Positions 12,130 through 40,247 of a stretch of 64,000 bases of DNA are shown one piece after another. The position numbers were made by a program, and so were the translations under genes. The notes under the pieces are model-generated. The model was not told the DNA's origin. It was given only the letters and a program-made list of their open reading frames with translations, and did not search any database. The DNA comes from Hydrolagus affinis (taxonomy: Eukaryota), in the NCBI GenBank assembly GCA_012026655.1, contig JAAILG010000990.1, positions 1 to 64,000 of the forward strand, written 5' to 3'. Position 1 is the first letter of the stretch. Each line of letters opens with the position of its first letter.

Positions 12130-13810
12130 TTGCAGACAGAGGAACATGACAAAGAAAACAAACCAAAAATAACACAGTCCTTTTCACAGCACTTCAGCGG
12201 TACCAGAGTTAATCATGCTGTTTCTTAGATGGAATGAACCACTCCTTCATTCTGAGCGGGTGTCCAGCTGTCAGCTGTGCCTACGCACTCTGTAAACAAC
12301 TGTTTACCTCTTAGTTGTGTTTGAGCTTATCCCATTCTCAGGGCAGATTCTGATGTAAACTAATTTGATTAAGACTATATGGAAGTATTTCCTTTCTCAT
12401 ACCCCAGTATGTGGGGTGTGAGAGGGGAACCAGCCTTTGATAGCCCCTGGATAGAATTCCTTTTATGGAATAAATCAAAACCAGCATTGTTTTCAGATCC
12501 TCCCAACTACACAGTTATTGTGCATGCCGTATTTAAATACCTAAAATAACCCCTTTAAGACAGGACCATTTCACATAGACAGCCAAAACAAACTAGACTT
12601 AACTGAAAGATCAAAAGAGTCAAACAAAGAACAGAAGAATTTAAAACTATGTACAGATTCAAAGACAATGCAATCACATTCCACACATATTAACATTCTA
12701 CACATTTGGCATTTGTGATATTTTCTGCTGAACTACTCAGCCCATCGAGACTTCAAGAAGCACACCATTTCATCTCTTCTTACAGATGTTTTGCTATGCA
12801 ACATTTATTTTGTAAGTAATTCATCATGCACTTCAATAACTTAAATTGTGTAACCCAAATTAATTGTTATTATGTACAATTGTTAAAATGGTCGTGGTGT
12901 GGGAGAAAGTGTCATTGATTTTGCATTGCTGGTTCCTCCCAATAAAACACAACACAGTCACTCATCGATCAAAGCACAAGTTCAGGAGAGAATTATCAAT
13001 CTCAACAAAATGCAACTGTTATTTTTAAATACTAATTATTTACTGGTAATTCTGAGCTTTCAAAATTGGTCAATGTAGATCAAGCATATAAAAAAAATGA
13101 CTGAATGAACATTTACAGAAGTATGGCTTACATTTAGATGAAATAGATTTGTTTGGGCTTAAAAACTGGTTAAGTTCAAACGCTAAACTCATTGGGGAAG
13201 ACCATAATGTCAGTGATTGCATTATGTGATGGTGTATGCTGCTAATGCGAAATCCCATTAATTACATGCACTTTACAAGTGAGTTATATTTACTGGCATG
13301 CAGAGCCGATCCTGTGAATTCTTATTAATGTTTACACGATCAATCTTGCAGTTTAGAGAAGAGATACCAGAATGAAACGTTCCTGACAAATCCTTTCACT
13401 GTCAATAAAATCCATTTCTGGCCAAAAATCACAAACATCTTCAGAGCAAACAAGTAGATCATTCCTTTCAATGACTCTGTATGGGAAATTCCAGGCAAAA
13501 TTGCCTGGAAGCTTTAGCATTCTAGGTAGTTTACTGTAAGTTTTGTTTTAAATGACATGGAAACATTAGGAAATGTTAAAATATACAATCTGACAAACAC
13601 TGATGAAAGCTTGTGGTCGGGATGATCCACAACTATTTAGACTTCTGCAAAAGCAACTGCAAGAGTCTTTTTAAAAAATAAAAAACTACTGTCTTTGTTT
13701 GTGTCCAGCAATCTCTCAAACATACCACTACTTTTCAAGGCAATATTTCATTAAAGACTTCAATGCTGTGGAAAGTGGAGAGCAAAGTCATATTCTTCAT
13801 TCTACTACGC

Positions 13811-30004
<16,194 letters not shown>

Positions 30005-31910
30005 CTGAACGTCCGAGTTAGCCTTTGCAGAGTATCAGGTGCTAATAATATTCTAAACTGTTCACGCTCCCGATGAAAGATTTGTACCTGTACAAACAGA
30101 ACAGTGAAATGTTATCAATGAAAACAGATGCATTCCAAAAGAGAATTATTTGTAAACACAATGGTAGCTTCTTATCCTTCTACATAAATATATCACTTCT
30201 AACTATAGTACTTGTGAGCGCTCAAGAAAATAACTAAGAAGCCATGGTTAAACCTAGTTTTGGGAAGAACAATGTGTGGGAAATGTGGGGAAAGTAAGCT
30301 GCTTCTTTAAGAAAGGAAAATATATTTTGCAATGCTGTTTTAATTTTCAGTACGGCTCATTCAAGAGAAAATAAATGTGATCTATTGCCACATGTCACCT
30401 TGAACTGCGCTTCATTGGTATTTGTTTATTCCAATCAAAGACTTGGTAGTCAATCATCCATCATGATGGACACTCAATTTCCTTCGTCTATTTCTGTAGT
30501 CTATTTAATAGTTTGGGAATATTATAAAATTCCAGCAGTCGGGATATTCTAGTTGAACAACAACAATGGGATTCAGCAACAAACCAGAGTGTCATTTTGT
30601 TCTTGGCATAAATGCAATAATGAGGTTGAACAATTGTCTGTAGTTAAATATAAATTCATGTTCAGACGCAATTAGATTACCACTTCTCAGGTTCTCTGAA
30701 TGAGAGCCTAATAAGATTGTGAAAACATGAGAACATTTTCAACTTTGATTGCTACTCAGTTGTTCCTAATACTGTAGGGAGATGGCATCTCTGCCTGTAT
30801 GTTTAACGTTTCTATTCAGGAAAATCCTGCCTTTAAAACCATATATCTGATATTTGTACAATTTCAGGGCGTTGAGCTTTTTAGGATGTGCATGTAAGGG
30901 AGTGCCAAGATGACGTACATTGCACTTCAGACAATACAACATTTCCATGGCAACCCTCAGATAAGATACCAAAGTAATCTGTTGCCATGGTACACATTTT
31001 TTCATTCTATCTTTGAATCATCTATCAACTGAATTCACGCTGCAAATGTCTCATTTCGAACTGAAGTCTTAATATGCCTCAGATATTGCCATTAGATATT
31101 CATATTTGCAATAATAATACTTATTTGCATCAGTGTCTACTCCAAATTAATCCATGCAAATCTAATAATTCCATTCTAAATGGTATCTGATCTGTATTCC
31201 ACTGTATTTACCATCAATTAGAGCCTGTTCAGAATGATCAGTACAATTAAATTGGCAAACAGTATTAGAGTGGGGGCAAGGTCAGATTTAATTTGTTTCA
31301 AGAATAAATCTCAAAACCGTCTTTTAATTAACAGTCACAATGCATCTGTTTTTAGACTTCACATGGCTTTCACTGATGGTTTAACTGCCAGCTCAATATT
31401 GGCGTTATGCTGTTCTTGGAAGTGTTGCTGTGTTCTTTGGAAAATAATAATCCATGGATTTGATAGAGCCTTTATCATGTTGGCAAAATGCTTCATGTAT
31501 TTTTTCCCCCCAATTTTCACTTAATACAGGATGCAATTCTATTGCTGCTAAATTCTTTCTAGTAACTCATCCAAGATCAGGGGTGCCATAGTCAATTATA
31601 GTGCTCCTCCTGCTACTCCAGCATTACACTATCATTCAGATAAGAGACAAAAGTTGTGGAGAGGAAACTAAGAGAAATAATCAAATACATAAAAAAACGG
31701 AACAAATAGAGAACACCTGGAAACTTCTTTAAAATATGTGGGTGTCAAATACGAAAAAAAATCCACAATTAAAGCCAGCTAAAATAGGTACCAGGCAACC
31801 TCCAAACAAATAGGTAATTTGATTATGGTATAGAATTTATTTCAAGTCCAATGGAGCGAAGGGTTCAGATAAAGAAAGTAGAGAGCATCATGGAAATCCT
31901 AGTGTTGTTG

Positions 31911-32048
31911 GTTGCATCATCATTCAAATATGGGCAAGAATACGTTTTCTGTTGAAAGCGTATGTGATAGGTGGACTGTAATGTGATCAGGCTGACACTC
32001 CTACCGCTATAGCATTTATAACATGAAACAATTGCTGGCTGATGCAAT
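31911..32048. promoter_or_regulatory. Candidate C/EBP-ATF4 (CARE/AARE) motifs in SLC38A1 intron 1
   Basis: TGATGCAAC (minus, 31911-31919) and TGATGCAAT (plus, 32040-32048); another TGATGCAAA at 31124-31132. Confidence 0.45.
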
Positions 32049-32114
32049 TCTGTGCTTTCTTCTTATCCAATCACACTTGCACTTTCCAGCGTGGATCACT
32101 GGTTAGTAAATACA

Positions 32115-32425
32115 ATAATAATTCTTGCCTTTGATATTCCACTTTTCATGTCTTCTAGATGTCTCAAAGCACGCACAGCACATGCTGTAAAGGGAACTGA
32201 CCCTATATTTGTGGGCAAAACGTGGCAGGTAATTGTGCACAGCGGTGTCCCACCAAATTTGTGGACTGAAATTACCAAAGTAGTATTGTTTTCTTGAGGA
32301 ATTATTACCAGGCATGTGGAGTAAGGAAAAGAGGGTCTGGAGATACGCCTTGAAGGAGACAAGTGAGGGAGCAAGGCAAAGGGTCTGTGGAATGGAGTTA
32401 TGGAGTTCCAGAGGGTGGGTGCAGA
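32115..32425 (-). mobile_element. SINE (head truncated) abutting an L2 fragment
   Basis: SINE tail and core at 32115-32325; L2 peptide SAPTLWNSI..FKAYLQTLF at 32325-32425. Confidence 0.75.
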
Positions 32426-33843
32426 GAAGCACATGAAAAGGTACACTTCTTCAACATGTTGCTGTTCAAGAAGTACTGTACACAAAAGACAATTGTAGTG
32501 CCCAATTACCTCCCGAAACTACTGAAAATTCCCACAGGTCAAGGATTGACTGCCTCAAGGAGGACAATCACAAGTTAGTCCTTATTTGAACTAGCCCAGG
32601 TTTCCCACTGTGGACTGCTATCCAGCCATCACCTTGGGACATCCTCCAGATATGAAAGGTGCTATCTGTAAACCTGCAACTTTTTGTCGTTGTTGTTGTT
32701 GAAGAAGTACACTTATGACACCACCTCCCTACTCACAATTTTTTATTTTTTTTTAATTGTCTGACAGTCAGTCCTTCACCTAACTTTTCTGCTCCCGGTC
32801 CGGCTAGGACCACCACGGCTTGCGAGGTGCTGAAGGGGGGAAATTTAGTGACCGGTCGACCAGCCTTTAGTGATTCATCGAGTCCTCTGATGCTCGACCC
32901 CCAGAGACCCAGTTGACGGTCCCCAAGGAGGAGAGTGACAGGTTGATCATTATTTGGGAAACTCCGGGTTGATAGAGTCCCTTAGCAGAGATCATGCCCT
33001 TGTAAATGTCTTGAGAACATTTGCCATCACCCTGCTGCATTTAGACATAAATTTGCAGCTGAAGGTTACTGGTTAGTGATCAGGGGGGGGAATGTTTGAA
33101 TGGTTTTTTCCCCCCTTTATTGAACCCAATGTCACTTTTCACCAGTGATAGTTAACGTGTGGCAATGTGGCAATTTTGACCCCATTATTTTACTGTCTTA
33201 ACCAAGTGCAGGGACTGAATAATACAACTTCAGCAAATCGACTCCAGCGTGTGTCTGTTTTATCCGTCAAATGTCCTGTGATCACTAAATATGTTCGCAA
33301 ATTTCGGTTTTAAAACCGCAACGCGCACTTCCCGCGTAAATGGAAAAAAACAGTTTCACATTTAGAGAAAAAAAAAGTCCTTTTCATTTACCTTAAATAC
33401 ATCAAAAACATTTTTTGTTTTTTTTTAAAAAAAGGGGAAATTCAAGCACAAAGCGCCGGGCGTTTGTTCACTAAAGTCACTCGAGGGGTTTAGAAAGTTA
33501 GACAATCCTTTAAACTGAAATGACAACTATTCTCTGAAACCTTGCCTACGTTCCCGAAGTCTAAGGCACTTCCTCCAGGAATTATTTATTTCTATTAAAA
33601 CAACGAATGAAACTCGCAACCGTTCGAGACATTGACATCTGCGACTGTTCACTTGACTAAAATGGTTACAAACATCTGAACGTTTTCTCTAAACGGAGGA
33701 AACACATGGACAAAGACACATTATCCTCTGTATCTACAAAACATGCAGCATCCTCCAAACCCCGCCAGTCTCTCTCTCTCTCTCTCAATAGATTTGAATC
33801 AAAAACATACTTTTTTATGTATTTTTTAAAAAAAACTACTCAC

Positions 33844-34100
33844 CTTTAGTCCCAGAATTGTGTTTCTTTTAAAAAATGTCTCCAACAACAACAAAACAAT
33901 CCCTTTCTTTGATGGGTATCAATTTAACTCCCAAATGTTTGTTAGAAACGGCTGAAACGCACGAGTGAATGAGTGTGCGTGAGAACAAGCCAGAGATAGC
34001 TGATCTGAATGAACGCCGTGTGACTCCACTTACTGGCTGCTGAAGCTGAAGCTGCTCTGAGCTCTGTTCAACAACTATCGCGACAGCACAGTCTACCCAC
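33844..34100 (-). other. SLC38A1: Probable non-coding exon 1 / TSS region of SLC38A1
   Basis: Donor AAG|gtgagt at 33844/33843 and local CpG enrichment over 33300-34150. The TSS cannot be determined. Confidence 0.45.
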
Positions 34101-34269
34101 TCACCTCCCCCGGACCACTGATCCTACAAGTCGACCTCACGTACACCAACCACCACAATTTGCTCCTCCTGCAGCAAAAAATCCCAGAGCCCTTGACAGT
34201 GACTGAGCTGCTGGGATGGGTAGGAAGGGGGGAAGTGACTACATACGGTGGAAGTGGACACATTGGTGG

Positions 34270-34312
34270 ACTCTGGTCATTATCACTCTGGTCATTATCA
34301 CTCTGGTCTATT
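34270..34312. repeat. 15-bp tandem repeat (ACTCTGGTCATTATC)x~3
   Basis: Direct reading of the sequence. Confidence 0.8.
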
Positions 34313-35224
34313 ACCACCAGAGTGATAATAATTCCTGCACTTGATATATACTGTATAGAGCGCGTTATCACATAGTTGAGACGTCTCAATGCTCTGTACG
34401 GAACATACTGTGAAGTGGATTGACTGTGTATTTTGGGATGAAGTGAATCGTTAACTGAAATTGATTGTTTGAACGGTTTACTTTGCCTTTGCCGCTCTTG
34501 AAATCAACTTGGGTTTGTATAATGCGCTCAGGTGTTGACTGGTGTTCATTTTTTTTCACATCTGAAAGGTCCTTATAGTTTAAAATTAAATTTTCAATTC
34601 CAGTGGTGGGTGGCTGGGCGATGCACTGCACTCTGTGTTATTTATTGCTTCTTTGCCTTTAGGCTAAAATCAAGTGTAAATATCTGTTCTTATCTCAAAT
34701 ACTTTGAACAAACAACTACTAGAAACGTTCTTCTGTTGAGATTTGCTTGCCAGAAATTGTCACGACCCAATCTCACCCATAGCTGGGACATTATGGGAAG
34801 GATTGAGCTACCGGTGCTTTCAATCCTATGTTGGTTGGGTTGAGGTTTGCAGTGTTGTACTTGTGATCTGAGCAGTTTGGTCTGCACTCACAAAGAGGAA
34901 GTGGAGATCCTGGCATGCAGAGCTCACTTGAGCACTTTGTCTCTAGTCTCAGGTCGGGCTTGCTCATAGGCAATCCAATCATCTGAGTTGCTCAGGTGGC
35001 AGTGAAGTCAGTTTAGGTCCACGTTGTCGTTTGACAATTAGAAGCATTTGGATGTGCGGGTATTGGGGCATGTCTGCAGGGACACCCCATGTCCCTAGTG
35101 GAACACATTTGATCAAATTCATTTAATAGAGTGAGCAGGCCCAACACCAGCTTCCCAATAAAATTCACATGTGTTATTTACTGTAGTGCTAAGCTATATG
35201 GAGATAAATTTGATATCTGTTCTG

Positions 35225-35500
35225 TCTTGAATTAGCTGATCTCATCTGGGTCAATGATGGATATACTGTACTACATTTGACCATAGAGCCCCAAGCTAGG
35301 GAAGAGGGAAAAATCAGTCAGGGTTCTCAGTTATCCAGTAACTCCTGCTCAGATGTATGTGAGTGTGTGAACATTAGGTAAGGATATGGTTTGGGGTAAT
35401 TGACTAGTTTACTGACTGTAGGTCAAACATGCAGTACAGCTATGTCTGAGCTACTGGAAGGCTGTCAGAGTTTCAGAAACCATAATCCCAAATAGTAGAG
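35225..35500 (+). mobile_element. LF-SINE-like relic upstream of SLC38A1
   Basis: ttagctgatctcatctggg..ctagggaagagggaaaaatcagtcagggttc..tatccagtaactcctgct matches my recollection of the LF-SINE consensus. Confidence 0.6.
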
Positions 35501-36269
35501 AAAAAAGACAACTGGAAGAGTACTAGTTGTAGGTTTTAATGGGGTCACTTTTTGTTGATGTGGCTGTTACACAACTGCAAGTGTTTTCCCATTATCACAC
35601 ACCTGACATAACTGATGTATGCATTGTTGATACTGACACATTTGGTGGCTTCATATATCACTGGCACGATATATTATTATTATTATTATACCCTAACAAT
35701 AGTCTAGTGTTTTCTTTAGGTAAATAGTTCATTAAGCCTCAGGCACCTGCTGGTGCCATAAATACAGTGCAAATTGATTTAGGTTCCATTTAAAATGGTC
35801 CCTCCAAAGTATTTGGTCCATTGGATAAGATGACAACAACAACAAAATTACAGAGACTACCTCTTTGGCAGCATTATTAAGCATTTAACTAATGGCTTAG
35901 AGAAGCTCTAAGTATGCATTTAGTTGCAAGTGTGTATATACAGTAGAATGAAAATGTATGAAGAGGGTTTTCATTCAAATCTATTTCTAGCCAGTATATT
36001 GGCTATAAACCAGGTAGACACACACTCACATTGGTGGATAAAACATTTGGGTTGAGGGGATGATAATAATTTTCAATTGAAGATTGTGTTACCAAAACCA
36101 AGAAAGATCATGGTGGTTACTTTCCACTGATTTTTCCAGGATCAAGGTTGACTTCATGAAATGGCATTGGGGATATTATTTTACTGGGTAAACATCCAAT
36201 ACAGTAGCTTGCGCTTTTATACAAAATATTCCAATGCTTTATGTACCATATTTCAAAGGAATTATGGAA

Positions 36270-36785
36270 AACCTAAATGGAACCGAGGAGCAAAGGGATC
36301 TCGGGGTACACATATACAATTCTCTAAAAGCAGCACCACAGGTTAATGAAGCCATGAAAAAGGTAAACCAGGCATGGGGGTTCATTTCCAGAGGGATAGA
36401 AATAAAAAGCATGGAAGTTATGGTAAACTTATATAGAACTACACTTAGAATATACTGTGTGTAGTTCTGGTCCTCACATGACAGAAGGTATATAAGGGCA
36501 CTGGGGAAGGTGCAAAGGAGATTCACAAGGATGATCCCTGAACTGAGAGGTTATACCTATCAGGAAAGGCTGCACATGATTGAACTCTTAAAAAGAGGAG
36601 GATAAGGGGTGACCTGATAGAAGTCTTTAAAATTATGAAAGGTATTGATAGGGTAGAAATAGGAAAGATGTTTCCACTTGTAGGGGAGACCAAAACTAAG
36701 GGCCATCAATATAATATACTCACAGATGGATCAAATAGGGAAGTTAGAAGAAATTTCATTATACAGAGTGTAGTGGAAATGCGTT
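36270..36785 (+). mobile_element. CR1 LINE ORF2 3' fragment
   Basis: EQRDLGVHIYNSLKAAPQVNEAMKKVNQAWGFISRGIE..LYRT..YCV, then RGDLIEVFKIMKGIDRV. Confidence 0.88.
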
Positions 36786-38999
36786 TTGAATGAGTCCAGT
36801 ATCATCTGAATAAACTAGGGGGACTACAGGTACAATAAAATAAAAATAACACTGTCCTGTTCCCTGAACTTCTCCTGTGACGAGGTACTTTTTGTGCTTT
36901 TATTTTAAAGGGAGCTGTACTTTAGTGTGGGTGAAAAATGCAACATTTCTTAGTATGTGATATATAGAATCTGTTAAAAATGCACTTGCATCCCAATATT
37001 ATTTACTGTATTCAATTTCATAGAGTAATCGGGCTTATGGTAACCTCGGAGTATTTCAATCAGTTTGATTTGAGCCAAATTTGAAATATAAATTGACCCA
37101 AACCATGCTAGGCCCAAGCTAAGAGTGCTTGATACAGTACTTAACTCCTGTGCCTGAAATAAGGAGGTCATCCATATTTTAGAAATAAAACTATGGAATT
37201 ATAATTGTAGTACAGTATTGTATTGTTAAAGGCATTATTTTCCTTAATTATCACTCTAGTATAATGCAATGAACTGGCGCCTTTGCTTACAAATTCACAG
37301 TCACTGCACTTTTCAGGAAATCCTATGAAGTATTTTGAGATGTTCTGATAAAGCTTGATATTACATGCAAGGGTTATTATTATTAAATACAGTACACCAC
37401 TTTTGTGAATACAAAGTTTGCTAAAGAAATTACATATTATGTAATGGCACTAATAGGTGTAAAATAAGCTAAGACATTCTTAACTGATTCCTTTTAGAAA
37501 TATCTGAAATAGCACGTAATTTTGAGTTTGCAGACCAATTGAACACGTAATAGCTGACCTATTTGATAGTTATGCATGTGGCTGGCTTTGTGTAATGCAT
37601 CCGTCTTTCCATTAGACTTGGCAACAGGGCACTGAATAAGCTCCTCTTAAAGTCAAACATATTAAAGTGTCTTACAAGAGATTGGGTTTATGCTTGTCTC
37701 AAGTTCTTTTATTGTTCGCACCAATTCTCTGTGCTCGAGGTATGAGGCTACATAAATAAATCACATGCCCTTGGCTCGTTCCCAAACAAAGACTGTGGAT
37801 TCCAGAACTACGATCAACATTCATAAAATTTATCCAAGTAAAAAGCCTGAAGAAATGAAAAGTGAAGGCCACCCAAGAGAGAAATTGAGGTTTCATTTGA
37901 CTGATTTGGTTTAAGCTCTTACGACCTAATGATTTAGTGAATAAAGTCATCATCTAGCACAAAGGCACACAGACTGGAAAGTCACAGGATTTTAAGTGCT
38001 ACACTTGACTTCTGCTTCTGGGTTAAGGAAAGGGAGACAAGGTTTCTGCTCCTGATTGCTCTCCGGAGTCCCCTGCTGGTAGGGCAGCTGTGGATATTGA
38101 GTGAGGACAGGACATGTGTTGTCATACCCCCGTGGTTGAATGGCACTAACACATTAATAATAGTCACTTGAGGGTAGTTGCAGGGAATATGTGGCAACCT
38201 TATCCAACTTAAAGAAGAGAGCTGCCAAGAAAGTTGGAAAAAAAGAGTAAACCAAAGAAACTTCTATACTCTCATAGTGTTGAAAAAGAATTGGGTCTTC
38301 ACGTAATATACATACTATTCATATAACTTCTTTCCATGATATGCTCTGTGCCCCAGTCATCCTTTGGAACTTCCTCCCTCCACCCCACTCTGCCAGCCCC
38401 TCTCTCCCTGTGTTTAGATCCTGCCTAAACCCAATCTCTTCTCACTTATCTGCATTGTTAGGTATAGCGTACCATCACTCTGAAATGCTCTGAAAGGTTA
38501 TTCAGTTTGAAGGTCACTATATAAATTAAAATCTTTGTCGTTACCTTTATTGAAACATATAGAACATGAGAAAACCACCTAATATAGATAGCTCTTTTCC
38601 TGTTAAATTTAAATTTGTGACAGGTGTATTCTACTTTAGAATAAACAATGGAAAGTGCTAGATTAGATTTGAGTTCAGTCAACAAGATCACAGGTAATTA
38701 ATTTTGAAATAACTAAAAAATATTAAGTTAGAAGTTGTTCAAAAGTATGTATAATTTGGATGTAGATGGTTTTTAAAAAATCATTCAAAAGCTGAACCTC
38801 AGGAAAATTCATGCAACTTTTCATGACACATTAGTTCTCGTCTCCTAAAATCAGTTTTGTCAGAAGTAATAATTGTGAAATCCATTTGAACTGAGGAATG
38901 GAGTAAATGGTTGTTGCATCTGCTTCCCACCAGAGAACACATTCCTATTGCTTTGATACAAGTCCTCCTTCTACTCCCAAGTTAATCTTGGGGGCCATA

Positions 39000-39865
39000 G
39001 CTAACCCCAGGCTCCTCTTCCCCACCACTAACCATCTCCTCCATCCACCTTCCCATGCCTTGCCTATTTATTAACAAGACTGGGATCCTTCTGATTGGCT
39101 CGCGCCAGCACCTTCGCACTTCACACTCTGGCAGTATCAACCTCCGTGGTTGCACACTCACCAAGCAAGTCAGGAACCTAGGTGTCTTATTGATCCTCAA
39201 ATGTCTTTCCTCCCCCACATCCAAACCATGGCACTCTTTGCCTTCCTCACCTCCGCAACATTGCTCAACTCCGCCACTACCTCACCCCTCAGGTCGCTGA
39301 AACTCATTCATATCTTCATCACATCTAGGCTTGAATATACTAATTACCCTGCTTGTCGGCCTCCATAACTCATCCCTCCATACACTGCAGGACATCCAGA
39401 ACTCTGTGGCCTGTGCCCTCCACCGCTCTGAGCTTAGTGACCCCATCTCCTCTATTCTCGTCCGACTCCATTGGCTCCCCATCAGCCTGGTCCTGGTCTT
39501 CAAAACTGTCCACGGCCTTGCCCCACCCTACGTCTGTGACCTCCTAGCTCCCTGCCAACCTGCCCGCTCCCTCTGCTCAGTGGGCTCCACCCTGCTCCAT
39601 GACCCCTGACCCACCATTGGCGGGAGACTTCAGCCATTCTGTCCCTAACCTCTGGAATTCCATCCCGCAATCTCTTCATCTCGCCCCATCCTTAGCCTCC
39701 TTCAAGGCCCGCCTCAAGACCCTCCTACTCGATGGCCACATAACTCCAAATCCCCTCCTTTCCCTCCCCAACCAGCTCGGATCTGAAACATTGACTGTCC
39801 AGCGCCTTGGGACATCCTCCTGATGCGAAAGGTGCTATACAGATGTAATTTTGCTGTTATTGTTT
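39000..39865 (+). mobile_element. L2 LINE 3' ~0.86 kb, frameshifted
   Basis: NKTGILLIG.., LHWLPI, FKTVHGLAPPYVCDLL, FSHSVPNLWNSIP..FKARLKTLL, then the tail. Confidence 0.9.
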
Positions 39866-40241
39866 CACTGGTTATTGAACAAGAACGCACAATCTTCTGA
39901 CTCAGAGGAGTGCTACCAACTGAGTCAGACTGACACCCAAAGCACTGTATCAAATGTAAGAATTATTATTGGTTGTAACTGATTTAGAAGTGTGTGTTCC
40001 TGTTAAATTAACACTATAAATAGTTAATCGCCCTTCTGTAAATTGAGGCCTTATTTATAAAAGAATGCACTGAGGTGTTTTAAAACAAGTAATTGTGAGG
40101 ATTCTATGTTTGATATAATTATACTGTCATGTAAAAGCCAAAGAATTTTCTTAACCACCTCATCTGTACCCTTAGCCACAGCACAATGTTCTGTTGGTTT
40201 TGATAGAAAGGCATACATGAAACACAGTCTCAGAGTATAAC

Positions 40242-40247
40242 TTTATT
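40242..40247 (-). terminator. SLC38A2: Polyadenylation signal AATAAA of SLC38A2 (3'UTR ~40220-43282)
   Basis: tgtatatattgtaAATAAAgttatac on the minus strand, ending a ~3 kb AT-rich block with no recognisable repeats. Confidence 0.65.

Noticed and set aside
13070-13258. Minus-strand ORF as a possible last exon of SLC38A1
   Set aside because: The terminal exon with TM11 and a stop codon is at 13933-13811; this ORF lies in the presumed 3'UTR.
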